The position numbers and the translations under genes are program-made. From positions 1 to 64,000 of the forward strand of contig JAZKFH010000053.1 in NCBI GenBank assembly GCA_040386535.1: 64,000 nucleotides of DNA. The letters run 5' to 3'. The notes below the pieces were generated by a model. It did not search any database. It was not told the DNA's origin and saw only the letters and a list, made by a program, of their open reading frames with translations. Each line of letters starts with the position of its first letter. Positions within the stretch are counted from its first letter, which is position 1. The stretch comes from Myxococcota bacterium. GTDB lineage: Bacteria > Myxococcota_A > UBA796 > SXON01. This document shows positions 1 through 10,404 of this stretch, one piece after another.

Positions 1-100
1 GACGCCATCCCCCGAGTTCGGCGCGCTGGACGCGCCGAACTCGCCAGATGAGACGTCATCCCCCGAGTTCGGCGCGCTGGACGCGCCGAACTCGCCGGAG
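1..100. repeat. Two tandem ~51-bp units, each with a perfect hairpin GAGTTCGGCGCG-CTGGA-CGCGCCGAACTC (REP-like); may continue off the window edge
   Basis: Units start at 1 and 52; hairpins at 14-42 and 65-93; related hairpin GAGTTGCTGGAC-GCCCA-GTCCAGCAACTC at 154-182. Confidence 0.8.
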
Positions 101-380
101 AGGGGCACCTCGCGACCTCCGCTCCCCTGTCGAGCAGGGATCCCCGTGTCGGCGAGTTGCTGGACGCCCAGTCCAGCAACTCCGGACCTGCCCGTCAGGT
201 GACGCGTTGCTGGACGCCGGCGTTCGAAGGAACCCCGCGCCAGGCGCCCGGAAGTCGGCCGCCCGCCTCGGGCGGACGGTCCCCGCCGCCGCGGCGGGAC
301 CGAGCGGCTCCGCCGCGAAGACTGGAGGGCACCGACGGGGCCGCGTCCGCGCGGCCCCGGGGCGCCCCCCCGACCAAGAC

Positions 381-1699
381 CTACCCCCCCCGCCGAGCCT
401 TGAGCTCCATCCACCCCCGCAACATGCCGAGCGTGAGCCGGTCGGCCGACGCGGTGACCGTCGCGACGCCCGCGCCGCGCAGGCGCACTTCGAGGCGGCG
501 GATGTCCTCCTCGATGCTCATGGCCGTGACCTTGGCGAAGGCGCCGAGGGCGTCCGTCGGGACCGCGCGCGCGTTCGCGGCGACGGCGGGGTCGGCGAGG
601 TTCACGAGCAGGGGGCGGTGGCGCTGGGCGAGGGCGACGAGGCTGCCGGTGAGGCGGTCGGCGGTGCCGGGGTCGACGACGGAGGTGCACACGACGGTGA
701 GCGTGCGGCGGGGCAAGCCGACGGCGCACCAGCGGACCAGGGCGTCCCAGTCGGGCTCCATGGCGTCGGCCTGCTCGCGGTGGAGGGCCTCGAAGACGGC
801 GGCGAAGTCGCGCGTGCGGCCGCCGGTGCGCACGACGCGGCGGATGGTGCGCGAGAACAGGACGATGGTGACCTCGTCGCCCCAGGTCGACGCGACGCGG
901 GCGAGCGCGATGGCGGCGGAGAGGGCGTGGTCGAAGCGGGTCCACACGCCGTCGATGCCGGCCATGGGGCGGCCGATGTCGAGCAGGATCGCGAGGCGCT
1001 GGCGCTGCTCCCACGTGCGCTCGGCGGTGACGGGCTTGCCGCGGCGGGCGGTGGCCTTCCACTGGACAGCGCGAAAATCGTCGCCGGGCTGGTAGTCGCG
1101 GAGCGAGGCCACCTCGGTGGAGGGGCCGTGCAGGTTGCGCGCGTGGGCGCCGTCGCGACGCTCGAGCGCTTGACGCAGGACCATCCCGGTCTCGCCCTCG
1201 TGGTGCACCTTGGGGTACACCTTGACGGCCACGGGGTCGCCGAGGCGGCGCTCGGCCCACGCGAGGCCCCAGCGGCCGGCGAGGCGGACGGCGGCCGTCG
1301 CGAGCGTGGCGTGCTGGCGCAGGCGCGGGATGAGCGGGACGGTCTGGGTGAGCGTCGACGAGGGGGGCACGGTCAGGAGCAGCTCGACGCTCTCGTCCGC
1401 GAGCGCGGCGGGCAGCACCTCGCGGAGGCGCACGACCAGCGGGCGCGCGGACGGGTTGGTGACGGCGACGGTGAGGAGCGTCGGCTCGCCCTGGTACACG
1501 GTGGGGGGGAGGGTGCGCACGAGCTCGACGCGGCGCCCGCGCGCGTCCCACCCGTCGACGACCACGAGCACGGCCACGACGAGATCGAGGCCGAGCGCCA
1601 CCCACACCAGCGCCGGCACGATCCACGCCGCGACGAAGAGCAGCGTGATGGCGCCCCACAACCAGAAGGCGCGCGCGCTCGGCCGGATCCCGGAGAGCC

Positions 1700-1703
<4 letters not shown>
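381..1703 (-). CDS. DUF58 domain-containing protein (MoxR partner, vWA-like)
   Basis: C-terminal part of ORF 381..2969. GTG at 1703 overlaps the MoxR stop (GTGA). N-terminal TM segments; motif [22 protein letters not shown]. Confidence 0.85.
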
Positions 1704-2698
<995 letters not shown>

Positions 2699-2715
2699 GG
2701 GAGGCCTCGCGGAGG

Positions 2716-3798
2716 TCAGAGAGAGTGGTCGCGCTGGACGGCGGCGATCCGCGCGGCCCAGGCGGCGAAGCGGGCGTCGGAGGGCGCGGCGGGCGGCTCG
2801 GGGAGGAGCGTGGGGTCGAGCCCCTTGCGGTCGCTGCGGGCGCGCACGAGGGCGTACAGGCGCGCGGCGGCCGACGCGGCGTGGCCGCTGCCCTGGTGGA
2901 GCGTCGCGAGCGCGTGGAGCGTGCGGGCCATCGAGGGGCCCGCCAGGTCGGCGGGCGGGAGCGGATCACCGAAGCGGCGCGCGAGGACCAGGAGCGCCAC
3001 GAGCCAGAGCGCGCCGAGGTGGAGGGCGAACAGCGCGGGGATGTGGCTCGGCACGGCGCGGGTCACGACGCCGACGCCGTGGTGCCACTCGTCGAAGCGG
3101 ACCACGCGCCCGGCGAGCAGCGCGTCGAGGAGCGCCAGGTTGTCGGCGCGGGCGAGGTGATCGTTCTGCCAGGCCGTCGCGTCCGAGAGGAGCACGATCT
3201 CGCCGCGGCCCCAGCGCACGCGGCACCCGCGCGCCCAGCCGGTCGCGTCGGTCGCGACGGGCTCGGCGCCGATGGGGCAGGTGAGCTTCCAGCTCGGTTC
3301 GGCCATGGCGAGCGTGCCGTACGGTCCGGTGGCGGCGCGCCGCTCGGCCGCCCACACGCGCCACGCGTCCAACGACCACGGCGCGACGGGCTCGTCCTTC
3401 ACGAGCGAGCCCCTGAGCGTGCCCTCCACCAGCGTGATCGGGTGGCCGGTGTCCGCGGACAGGTCGAGCAGGAGCACGGCGCGGCCGCCGTTGCGCACCC
3501 ACACGGCGAGCGCGGCGGCGTCGCTGTTTCCGGAGGCGGGGCCGGCGTCGAAGCCGCGGGCGACCGGCCACGCGGTCACGAGGGTGGCGCCGTTCAGGGT
3601 GTCGAGGTCGTCGAAGGGGGCCTCCCAGGCGCCGACGTCGCCGCCCCGGGCCTCGAGGTAGGCATACGCGGCGCGGTAGCCGCGGGGGGTGCGGTCGGTG
3701 ACGCTGCGGCGGCCACCCGCGGGCGCGGCGAGTAGCACGAGCGTCGCGACGACGGCGGACACGGCGAGCAGGAGGACGATCCAGCGGGGCGTCGTCAC
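2716..3798 (-). CDS. DUF4350 domain-containing membrane protein
   Basis: N-terminal [17 protein letters not shown]...FDEWHHG motif; C-terminal TM followed by RRFG; position in MoxR cluster. Confidence 0.75.
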   Translation of the reverse strand: MTTPRWIVLLLAVSAVVATLVLLAAPAGGRRSVTDRTPRGYRAAYAYLEARGGDVGAWEAPFDDLDTLNGATLVTAWPVARGFDAGPASGNSDAAALAVWVRNGGRAVLLLDLSADTGHPITLVEGTLRGSLVKDEPVAPWSLDAWRVWAAERRAATGPYGTLAMAEPSWKLTCPIGAEPVATDATGWARGCRVRWGRGEIVLLSDATAWQNDHLARADNLALLDALLAGRVVRFDEWHHGVGVVTRAVPSHIPALFALHLGALWLVALLVLARRFGDPLPPADLAGPSMARTLHALATLHQGSGHAASAAARLYALVRARSDRKGLDPTLLPEPPAAPSDARFAAWAARIAAVQRDHSL

Positions 3799-4418
3799 CG
3801 GGTCACCTGCTCGGCCAGCGGCAGCAGCGCGCGGACCGCGGCGGTGTCGAGGGGAACGCCGCCGTAGAGGTGGCCGTCCACGGCGTTGGTGAGGCGGGTG
3901 AAGGGCGGGAGCCGCTCCCAGCCGGGCGCGGCGCGGCGCACCTCGGCGAGCAGCTCACGGTTGGTACGGTCGGGGCGGGGATGCGCGAACCCGCGCGCCT
4001 CGATGCCCGCGGCCACCCACCGCCACAACGCGCGCAGGGCCCCAGGCGCGTCGCCGAGGTTGAGCAGGCGCTCGATGTCGTGCTCGGACGGCGGCGCCGC
4101 GGGGGTCACCAGGGTGACCACGTGGGGGGCGGCCCCGGCGGTCAGCGCGCGGCGCTTCCAGCCCACGATCAGCGCCACCACGAGCGCGATGGCGAGGAGG
4201 GCGGCGATCGTGAGGATGAGGCCCGCGATCCACGGCGCCGAGGCCCCCAACGCCGGCAGCGACGAGAAGAAGGCCTCACTCAGCCAGCGCTCCACCACGG
4301 CGGCGAGCCAGTCCGCCGCGCCCGGCTCGGACGTGGAGGTGGAGAGGCCCTCCGCCTCCAGGATCCGCGCCAGCACGTCGGGATCGGTCGCCGGGATCTC
4401 GCTCCCGTCCGGTGTCAC
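3795..4418 (-). CDS. DUF4129 domain-containing membrane protein
   Basis: GTG at 4418 overlaps upstream stop; TM helix then ALRALW...PDRTNRELL...HLYGG pattern. Confidence 0.7.
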   Translation of the reverse strand: MTPDGSEIPATDPDVLARILEAEGLSTSTSEPGAADWLAAVVERWLSEAFFSSLPALGASAPWIAGLILTIAALLAIALVVALIVGWKRRALTAGAAPHVVTLVTPAAPPSEHDIERLLNLGDAPGALRALWRWVAAGIEARGFAHPRPDRTNRELLAEVRRAAPGWERLPPFTRLTNAVDGHLYGGVPLDTAAVRALLPLAEQVTR

Positions 4419-5260
4419 GTCGCGACCACGAGCGCCTCGAGATCGGCCCCGCCGCGCACGCGCTCCAGATCGCGCCACAACAGCACGATGCCCGCCGCGA
4501 GGAACATGTCGGCGAACGGGCGGAGGACCGCGCCCAGGACCACGCCGGCGGCGCCGATGGCGAAGGGGGCGCTGTTCTGGAGCGAACCGAGGATGTCGCC
4601 CGAGCCGAGCGCGTTGATGCCGGCCCACACGAGCCACCCGAGCGCGGGCAGGGCCGCGAGCTGGTTGGACATCGAGTAGATGCCGTACCAGACGAGCGTG
4701 ATCGCGGCGAGCTTGAGGGCCGGGGGCCCAGCGTCGCGAGGGCTCGCCCGCACGGTCGCGGCGCTGAAGGCCTCTCCCCACGTGCCGAACCACACGCCCG
4801 GGCGCGCGAGCACGACCGCGGGGGCGAACCCGACGAGCGCCCCCGCGATCGGCCCGCCGACGATGCAGCCGAAGCCCGCGAGGATGAAGGCGAGGGGCAC
4901 GCCGCCGACGAGGAGCAAACGCGGAGAGAGCGCGGTGAGCAGCACGTCGCCCAGGCCGGGGCGCTCGCCGTCCAGCACGCGCGTCGCGATGACAAATGCG
5001 CCGAGCTGGGCGGCGACATACGCGACGACGACGAGGATGACCGCGGGAAACAGCGCGATGAGGTTGGTGAAGTCGGGCATGACCCCCGGCGTCACCTGGG
5101 TGAGGCGGGAGGAGAACCACTGGACGAGCACCCCGGGCACGACGCCGATGGCGGCGAGCGCGAAGGCGGGGGGCGCCCATGCGGCGAAGTGGGTGCGGAG
5201 GAAACGCCAGGGCTCGTCCAGCGCGGCGACGAAGCTGGTGGCGGGGGTGCGGAGGTTCAT
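4415..5260 (-). CDS. Integral membrane protein of the MoxR/RDD cluster
   Basis: 281 aa, multiple TM helices, ends DLERVRGGADLE; translationally coupled to neighbour. Confidence 0.7.
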   Translation of the reverse strand: MNLRTPATSFVAALDEPWRFLRTHFAAWAPPAFALAAIGVVPGVLVQWFSSRLTQVTPGVMPDFTNLIALFPAVILVVVAYVAAQLGAFVIATRVLDGERPGLGDVLLTALSPRLLLVGGVPLAFILAGFGCIVGGPIAGALVGFAPAVVLARPGVWFGTWGEAFSAATVRASPRDAGPPALKLAAITLVWYGIYSMSNQLAALPALGWLVWAGINALGSGDILGSLQNSAPFAIGAAGVVLGAVLRPFADMFLAAGIVLLWRDLERVRGGADLEALVVAT

Positions 5261-5270
5261 GTGCGGCTCA

Positions 5271-6272
5271 TCAGGCGGCTCTCCGCAAACGGGTGGCGCC
5301 GAAGAAGAGGAGGAGGAGCGCGACGCCGATGGCCACGTCTACGATCAGCGGGAGGTCGAGCGGGGACACGAAGCCCTCGACCGCGCCGAGGAGGAGGAAC
5401 CAGGGCAGGGTGCCGGCCGCGAGCGCGAGGGAGGCGCGGGCGGCCTCGGGGGCCGTGATCGCGCGCGGGCGGGGCGTGGCGACGATGAGGCCGGACGCGA
5501 GCTTGAGGCCGGCGCCCGCGGCCACGGAGATGAGGTACAGCTCGAGCACGCCGTGGGCGGGCACGAAGGCGAGGAGGCGGTCGAGCGTGCCGAACCGCAC
5601 GCACGCGGCCACGATGACACCGAGCATCAGCCCGTTCAGGACGAGCACGTAGAGCGCGCCGAGCCCGCCGGGGATGCCGCCGATCCACGCGACCAGCGCC
5701 ACCGTCATGTTGTTGCGGGCGATGGCCCCCGACAGGGTGCCGCCGGGCATCACCGAGGTGAGGTGGTCGGTCCACATGTCGCCGCGCCGCATCCCCGCGA
5801 GCTGCTCCTCGCCCAGGAACCAGGCGGCAGCGCCCTCGTCGAGGGTGCCGAGCACCAGGCCGAGCAGGCCGGCGCCCACCATCACGGCGAGGGCGATGGC
5901 GCGCTCGGGCGCGGTGTCGGCGAACGCGCGCGGGAAGGTGTCGAACACGTAGGCGCGGGCGCGGTCGGAGAGCGGGGCGTCGCGCGCGGCGAGGAGCTGG
6001 TGGCCGCCGAAGGCGAGGCGGCGGAGGCGGGCCTCGGCGGGGGTGCCGGCGAAGGCGGTGCGCGCCCAGGCGAAGTCGGCGACGACGCGCCGGTGGGCGG
6101 CGGCGAGCCCGTCGAGCGCGTCGTGATCGAGCCCGGCGGGGCCACGCCGCGCCATCGCCCCCAGGCGCCGCTCGACCTCGTCCCACTCGTGCTCGCCAGC
6201 GGCGACGAAGCGGGCGTAGGTCGAGGGGGCGGCCTCGACGGCGACGTCGAGGGGCTGTTCCGCCGCGGCCAC
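5271..6272 (-). CDS. Stage II sporulation protein M (SpoIIM/DUF95) family membrane protein
   Basis: IARNNMTVAL, LNGLMLG, PAHGVLEL, VEGFVSP motifs. Confidence 0.85.
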   Translation of the reverse strand: MAAAEQPLDVAVEAAPSTYARFVAAGEHEWDEVERRLGAMARRGPAGLDHDALDGLAAAHRRVVADFAWARTAFAGTPAEARLRRLAFGGHQLLAARDAPLSDRARAYVFDTFPRAFADTAPERAIALAVMVGAGLLGLVLGTLDEGAAAWFLGEEQLAGMRRGDMWTDHLTSVMPGGTLSGAIARNNMTVALVAWIGGIPGGLGALYVLVLNGLMLGVIVAACVRFGTLDRLLAFVPAHGVLELYLISVAAGAGLKLASGLIVATPRPRAITAPEAARASLALAAGTLPWFLLLGAVEGFVSPLDLPLIVDVAIGVALLLLFFGATRLRRAA

Positions 6273-6273
6273 G

Positions 6274-7068
6274 TCAGCGGGCCGGATCGGCGGCGGGCGC
6301 GGCGGGCGGCGCGACCGGGGGCGCGACGCGGGGCGCGAGCCGCTCGAGCACGCCGACGGCCTCCGAAGCGTCGACGGGGGCGGGGCCGGCCTCGGGCGTG
6401 TCCAACAAGCCCGGGTGGCTCGTGTTGAGCCGCGCGACGAGGCGGGCGGCGATGGCGGCGCGGCGCGGCGCGGCCAGGTCGGGCGCGCGGGCGAACCAGA
6501 GCTGGAGCAGCGCCACGTCGGCGGCGCGCAGGGCCGGCGGCCAGGTGCGGGCCTCCGCGGCGCGACCCTCGTCGATGACCACGGTGCCGGCGGCCAGATC
6601 TCCCAGCCGCTTGCTCGACGGGTGCAGGAACATCACCACGAGATCGAGCAGGGCCACGACGGGGAAGGAGTCGAGCCGGAGCAGGTTGCGGAGGAGCGCC
6701 GGCACGAGGGTGAGCGAGCCTCCGTCGTCTCGCACGGTGCGCAGGCCGAGCACCCACTTGCCCGGCGTCTGCCCGCGCATCCAGAGCTCGACGCTGGTGG
6801 CGAGCGACCACTGGAACCCGAACAGGAGGAGAAAGAACACCCCCACCAGGATGCCCGCGCCTTCGATGCCGCTCACCACGCCCATCGCGTAGAGGCCCCC
6901 GAGGGCGCCGCCGATCGCCATCGCGACGACGAGGTTGACGAACATGTAGATCAGGCTGTCGATGCCGCGGGCGAGCCCCCGGCTCCCGGCGCTGGCGAGC
7001 GGCAGGTCGATCGTGACGTCGAGGCTGGCGCCGAAGCGCCCGCTCCCGTGTTCCGGCTCGGTTGGCAC
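6274..7068 (-). CDS. RDD family protein
   Basis: LASAGSRGLARGID, GQTPGKWVLGLRTV, RNLLR, KRLGDLAAGTVV; start GTG 7068 inferred. Confidence 0.85.
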   Translation of the reverse strand: MPTEPEHGSGRFGASLDVTIDLPLASAGSRGLARGIDSLIYMFVNLVVAMAIGGALGGLYAMGVVSGIEGAGILVGVFFLLLFGFQWSLATSVELWMRGQTPGKWVLGLRTVRDDGGSLTLVPALLRNLLRLDSFPVVALLDLVVMFLHPSSKRLGDLAAGTVVIDEGRAAEARTWPPALRAADVALLQLWFARAPDLAAPRRAAIAARLVARLNTSHPGLLDTPEAGPAPVDASEAVGVLERLAPRVAPPVAPPAAPAADPAR

Positions 7069-7179
7069 GGCGGGATGGTGGCAGAAGGCGGCGCTTCCCG
7101 CAATCGAAAGGGTGAAGCCCCGCGCCGGTGCGCTCGACCTCGGGTACGGTGACGGCCCCCGCCGTGAGGACGATCCCCG

Positions 7180-8346
7180 ATGCGCTGCGCCCTTCTCCTC
7201 CTTCCACTCCTCGGCATCGCTGCCACCGGTTGTATTCGCGACGCGCCGAAGGCGGACGACAGCGGCGCGGCCGACGAGACGGACACGGGAGCCGACACCG
7301 GTCCGGTTTCGGAGCTGGCCGAGCTGACCATCACGCCGGACTCCCACCACTTCGGCTACGTGGCTGTCGGCGAGCGCGCGTCGACCGAGTTCGCGCTCCG
7401 CAACACGGGCGGCGCCACGCTCGACATCACGGCGCTCTCGCTCACGGAGGCCGTGTTCACCTACACGATCGTGGATGCGCTCCCCCTCGCGCTCGCGCCG
7501 GGAGAGGAGACCACGGTCGTCGTGACCTTCGCGCCCGACGCCGCCGACAACTGGTCGGGCCAGCTCGAGGTCGCCAGCACCGATCCGCTGGGGCCGACGC
7601 GGGCGACGCTCGAGGGGTCGGGCGCCGGTGACCTGCCCGTCGCGGTCTGCTACGCCAACCCCGACACCGTCACGGCCGTCCACGAGGACACGACCTGGTA
7701 CGGGAACGACTCCTACGAGCCCAACGGCTACAGGATCAGCGACTACTCGTGGACGTTGACCACGGCCCCCGCGGGCTCGTCCGCGACGATGCCCTCCGGC
7801 ACCGCGAATCGTGCCCGCTTCACGCCTGATCTCGCCGGCACCTACGAAGCGGAGCTGGTGGTGACGAACGAGTTCGGGACCCGCTCCGTGCCGTGCACCG
7901 CCACGCTGGAGGCGAACCCGGGCGGCGACCTCTGGGTCGAGATGTTCTGGAGCCACAGCGGCGACGACATGGACCTGCACCTCCTCGAACCGGGCGGCGA
8001 GCTGGCGTCGACGGGGGACTGCTACTACGGCAACTGCGCCGGATCTTTCAGCACGCTCGACTGGGGCGTCACGGGCGATCCCGAAGACGATCCATCGCTC
8101 GACCTGGACGACATCCCGGGCACGGGCCCGGAGAACATCAACATCGCGTCCCCGGCGAGCGGCGTCTACACGGTGTACGTGCACGACTACCCGGGCTCCG
8201 TGTACGTCGGAGACAACGACGTCACCGTGAACATCTACCTGTCCGGCGTGCGGGTGTGGACCGACACCCGCAACGTCGACGAAGAGGATCTCTACGCGCC
8301 GTTCGCGGAGATCGACTGGCCCGCGGGGACGGTGACCGCGCTCTGA
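7180..8346 (+). CDS. Secreted lipoprotein with Ig-like (choice-of-anchor D/ASH), PKD-like and C-terminal beta-rich domains
   Basis: Lipobox ATGC; HFGYVAVGE...LRNTGGATL; FTPDLAGTYEAELVVT; DMDLHL...DDIPGTGPENINI. Confidence 0.8.
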   Translation: MRCALLLLPLLGIAATGCIRDAPKADDSGAADETDTGADTGPVSELAELTITPDSHHFGYVAVGERASTEFALRNTGGATLDITALSLTEAVFTYTIVDALPLALAPGEETTVVVTFAPDAADNWSGQLEVASTDPLGPTRATLEGSGAGDLPVAVCYANPDTVTAVHEDTTWYGNDSYEPNGYRISDYSWTLTTAPAGSSATMPSGTANRARFTPDLAGTYEAELVVTNEFGTRSVPCTATLEANPGGDLWVEMFWSHSGDDMDLHLLEPGGELASTGDCYYGNCAGSFSTLDWGVTGDPEDDPSLDLDDIPGTGPENINIASPASGVYTVYVHDYPGSVYVGDNDVTVNIYLSGVRVWTDTRNVDEEDLYAPFAEIDWPAGTVTAL

Positions 8347-9014
8347 TCCGGCGCACCGCCCGCCCCGCTCCGCAGCGGCCGCGCGTCCGCGCGCGGTCCG
8401 TCTGCCCTGATCCCTCCGGCCTATCCCCGCTCGGCCTTGCGCTCGCGCCCGACCAGGTCCTTGAGCACGTCGCGGACCGGCTTGTCCTCGTAGAGCATCC
8501 GGTACACCTGCTCGGTGATGGGCATGTCGACGCCCACCTGCTGAGCGAGCGCCCACGCGCTCCGTGCGGTCACGACGCCCTCGGCGACCTGCCCGAGCTC
8601 CTCGAGGATCGACGCGAGCGAGCGGCCCTGGCCGAGGCCGAGGCCCACGCGGCGGTTGCGCGACAGATCGCCGGTGCAGGTGAGCACGAGATCGCCGAGC
8701 CCGGCGAGGCCCATGAGGGTGAGCGGGTTGGCGCCGCGGGCCACGGCGAGGCGGGTGATCTCGGAGAGGCCGCGGGTGATGAGCGCGGCGCGTGCGTTGG
8801 TGCCGAGGCCGGCGCCGTCGCTCACGCCGCAGGCGATGGCGAGGACGTTCTTCAGGGCGGCGCCGTACTCCACACCCACGACGTCGTCGGAGTGGTAGAC
8901 GCGGAAGTACCCGCCGTGGAACGCGTTTGCGACGCGATGGCAGGCGTCCTCGGAATCGCCCGCGACCACGACCGCGGTGGGGAGGCCGAGCGCGACCTCC
9001 TTGGCGAAGCTGGG
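8337..9014. repeat. Left copy of ~680-bp direct repeat (gpsA 3' end plus downstream intergenic DNA)
   Basis: Matches 18585-19267. Identical by eye over ~8477-9014; four synonymous substitutions, one intergenic substitution and a short indel-containing patch in the first ~140 bp. Confidence 0.95.
8421..9014 (-). pseudogene. gpsA: 5'-truncated duplicate of glycerol-3-phosphate dehydrogenase (C-terminal ~197 codons only)
   Basis: Translation matches the C-terminal part of 18674..19702 from PSFAKE onward; lacks the Rossmann GAGSWG N-terminus. Confidence 0.9.
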
Positions 9015-9029
9015 ACGGTCCCCGCCCCT

Positions 9030-9461
9030 TCAGGCCGAGCTGACCTCTACCTCTTCGCTCGGTTCCTCGATCCCGAGGAATTTGACCAGGAAGTGGTAAA
9101 TACCCTCTTCGTCCGCGGAGAAGCCGCTCAGGTCATACTCGTGCTCGCCGTTCGCCGGCACCTCCACGATGAATTCCTCCTCCTGAATGCACTCTCCCGT
9201 GTCACTACGCACGAAGCAGACGAGCGCTTGCACAAGGCGATCCGTCGGACCGGTGTTCTCCCAGAGGAGCTTCCCGGTGATTTCCTCATATATAGTGAAA
9301 CCGAGCTTCACCAGCTCATAGGAAACCTCGATTAGGGTCGCGGCACACTCGGCGTCGCAGTCGCAGCCGGGCCCCATGCCGACGGTCGCGGCCGCGGCCG
9401 CTCCTGTCGTGGTGGTCAGGAACATGCGGCGTGATATCGATTTCTTAGCCTCCACCTTCAC
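9030..9461 (-). CDS. Twin-arginine (Tat) signal, Cys-containing exported protein/lipoprotein
   Basis: ISRRMFL motif followed by Ala-rich h-region and GPGC; start GTG 9461 or 9455; coupled to upstream gene. Confidence 0.6.
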   Translation of the reverse strand: MKVEAKKSISRRMFLTTTTGAAAAATVGMGPGCDCDAECAATLIEVSYELVKLGFTIYEEITGKLLWENTGPTDRLVQALVCFVRSDTGECIQEEEFIVEVPANGEHEYDLSGFSADEEGIYHFLVKFLGIEEPSEEVEVSSA

Positions 9462-9892
9462 TCCACTTCGCACGTGTAGCCGACGTACGCGTAAGAAACC
9501 GGTGGGTACACGGGCAACCACTGGTTGTAGTTATAGTCCCAGTATAGCATTGGCCCGACACAGCCGCACCCCCACAACATGGGTGGGGCCGGCTCGGGGA
9601 GCCAGCACGCACCCAGGAACCAGGACCGGCCGTACGGGTCCTGGCCGGGAATGCAGCAGGCCTCGGCCAGGTCGTCTTCGGGGGCCGAAGCGCCTGCGGG
9701 GGCGGTGCCGTCGGTGAACTCTCCACCGACGTCGCTGGGTGACAGCACCGTGGCGCCCTCGGGAATGTCGTCCGAGCAGCTCCCATCGTACATCTCCACT
9801 TGGCCGGCGGCGCATGCGGATGGAGGCAGTGCCGACCCGCTCTGGCCCGAACAAGCCGCCAAAACGGAGAATATTACGCTAGGGTTGATCAT
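9458..9892 (-). CDS. Small Cys-rich lipoprotein, hypothetical
   Basis: MINPSVIFSVLAAC lipobox; CC, CW and CGC motifs. Confidence 0.6.
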   Translation of the reverse strand: MINPSVIFSVLAACSGQSGSALPPSACAAGQVEMYDGSCSDDIPEGATVLSPSDVGGEFTDGTAPAGASAPEDDLAEACCIPGQDPYGRSWFLGACWLPEPAPPMLWGCGCVGPMLYWDYNYNQWLPVYPPVSYAYVGYTCEVE

Positions 9893-10404
9893 TCCCGCAT
9901 TCCACCCCGATGGGACCCTTCCGTCAAGGGTCCGACAGCACGAATTTGGGAGAGGGAAGGCGAGCGGACAGTTTGGTGACGCGTGCGCCGCCGCCGAGTG
10001 CGGTAGGCGGGGATCTGGCTCGTCTGACCACGTTCCGGCCCAGGTTGTCCGCGCCTTCTCGAAATGCGACGTCCGGGGCGCGTCCTGTCCGGCTTGCGTG
10101 GCGCAGAGCGCCGGACCGAGATGCCCGGCGCCCTTCCGAATCACGAGGAGGGGCGCGTAGGGTGCGAGGGCCACCCCGCACCTACTGGGCCCGGATGTCG
10201 CCTCGACGACCGCCGGCCGGGCGACCGCTTGCGGCTCGCCGCGAGGGGGTGCCGGGTGGCCGGGTCGGGGTTTGCGGGCGCCGGGAGAGGGTACGCGGTC
10301 ACAAAGGGGTGGCGAACCGCCGTGAGGGTAGCCGCTCACCGGGTTTGCGGGGCGCGGCTCGCCGCGAGGCGTGCCCCGCCGCGGGGGTGTGGCCCGGCCC
10401 CAAC

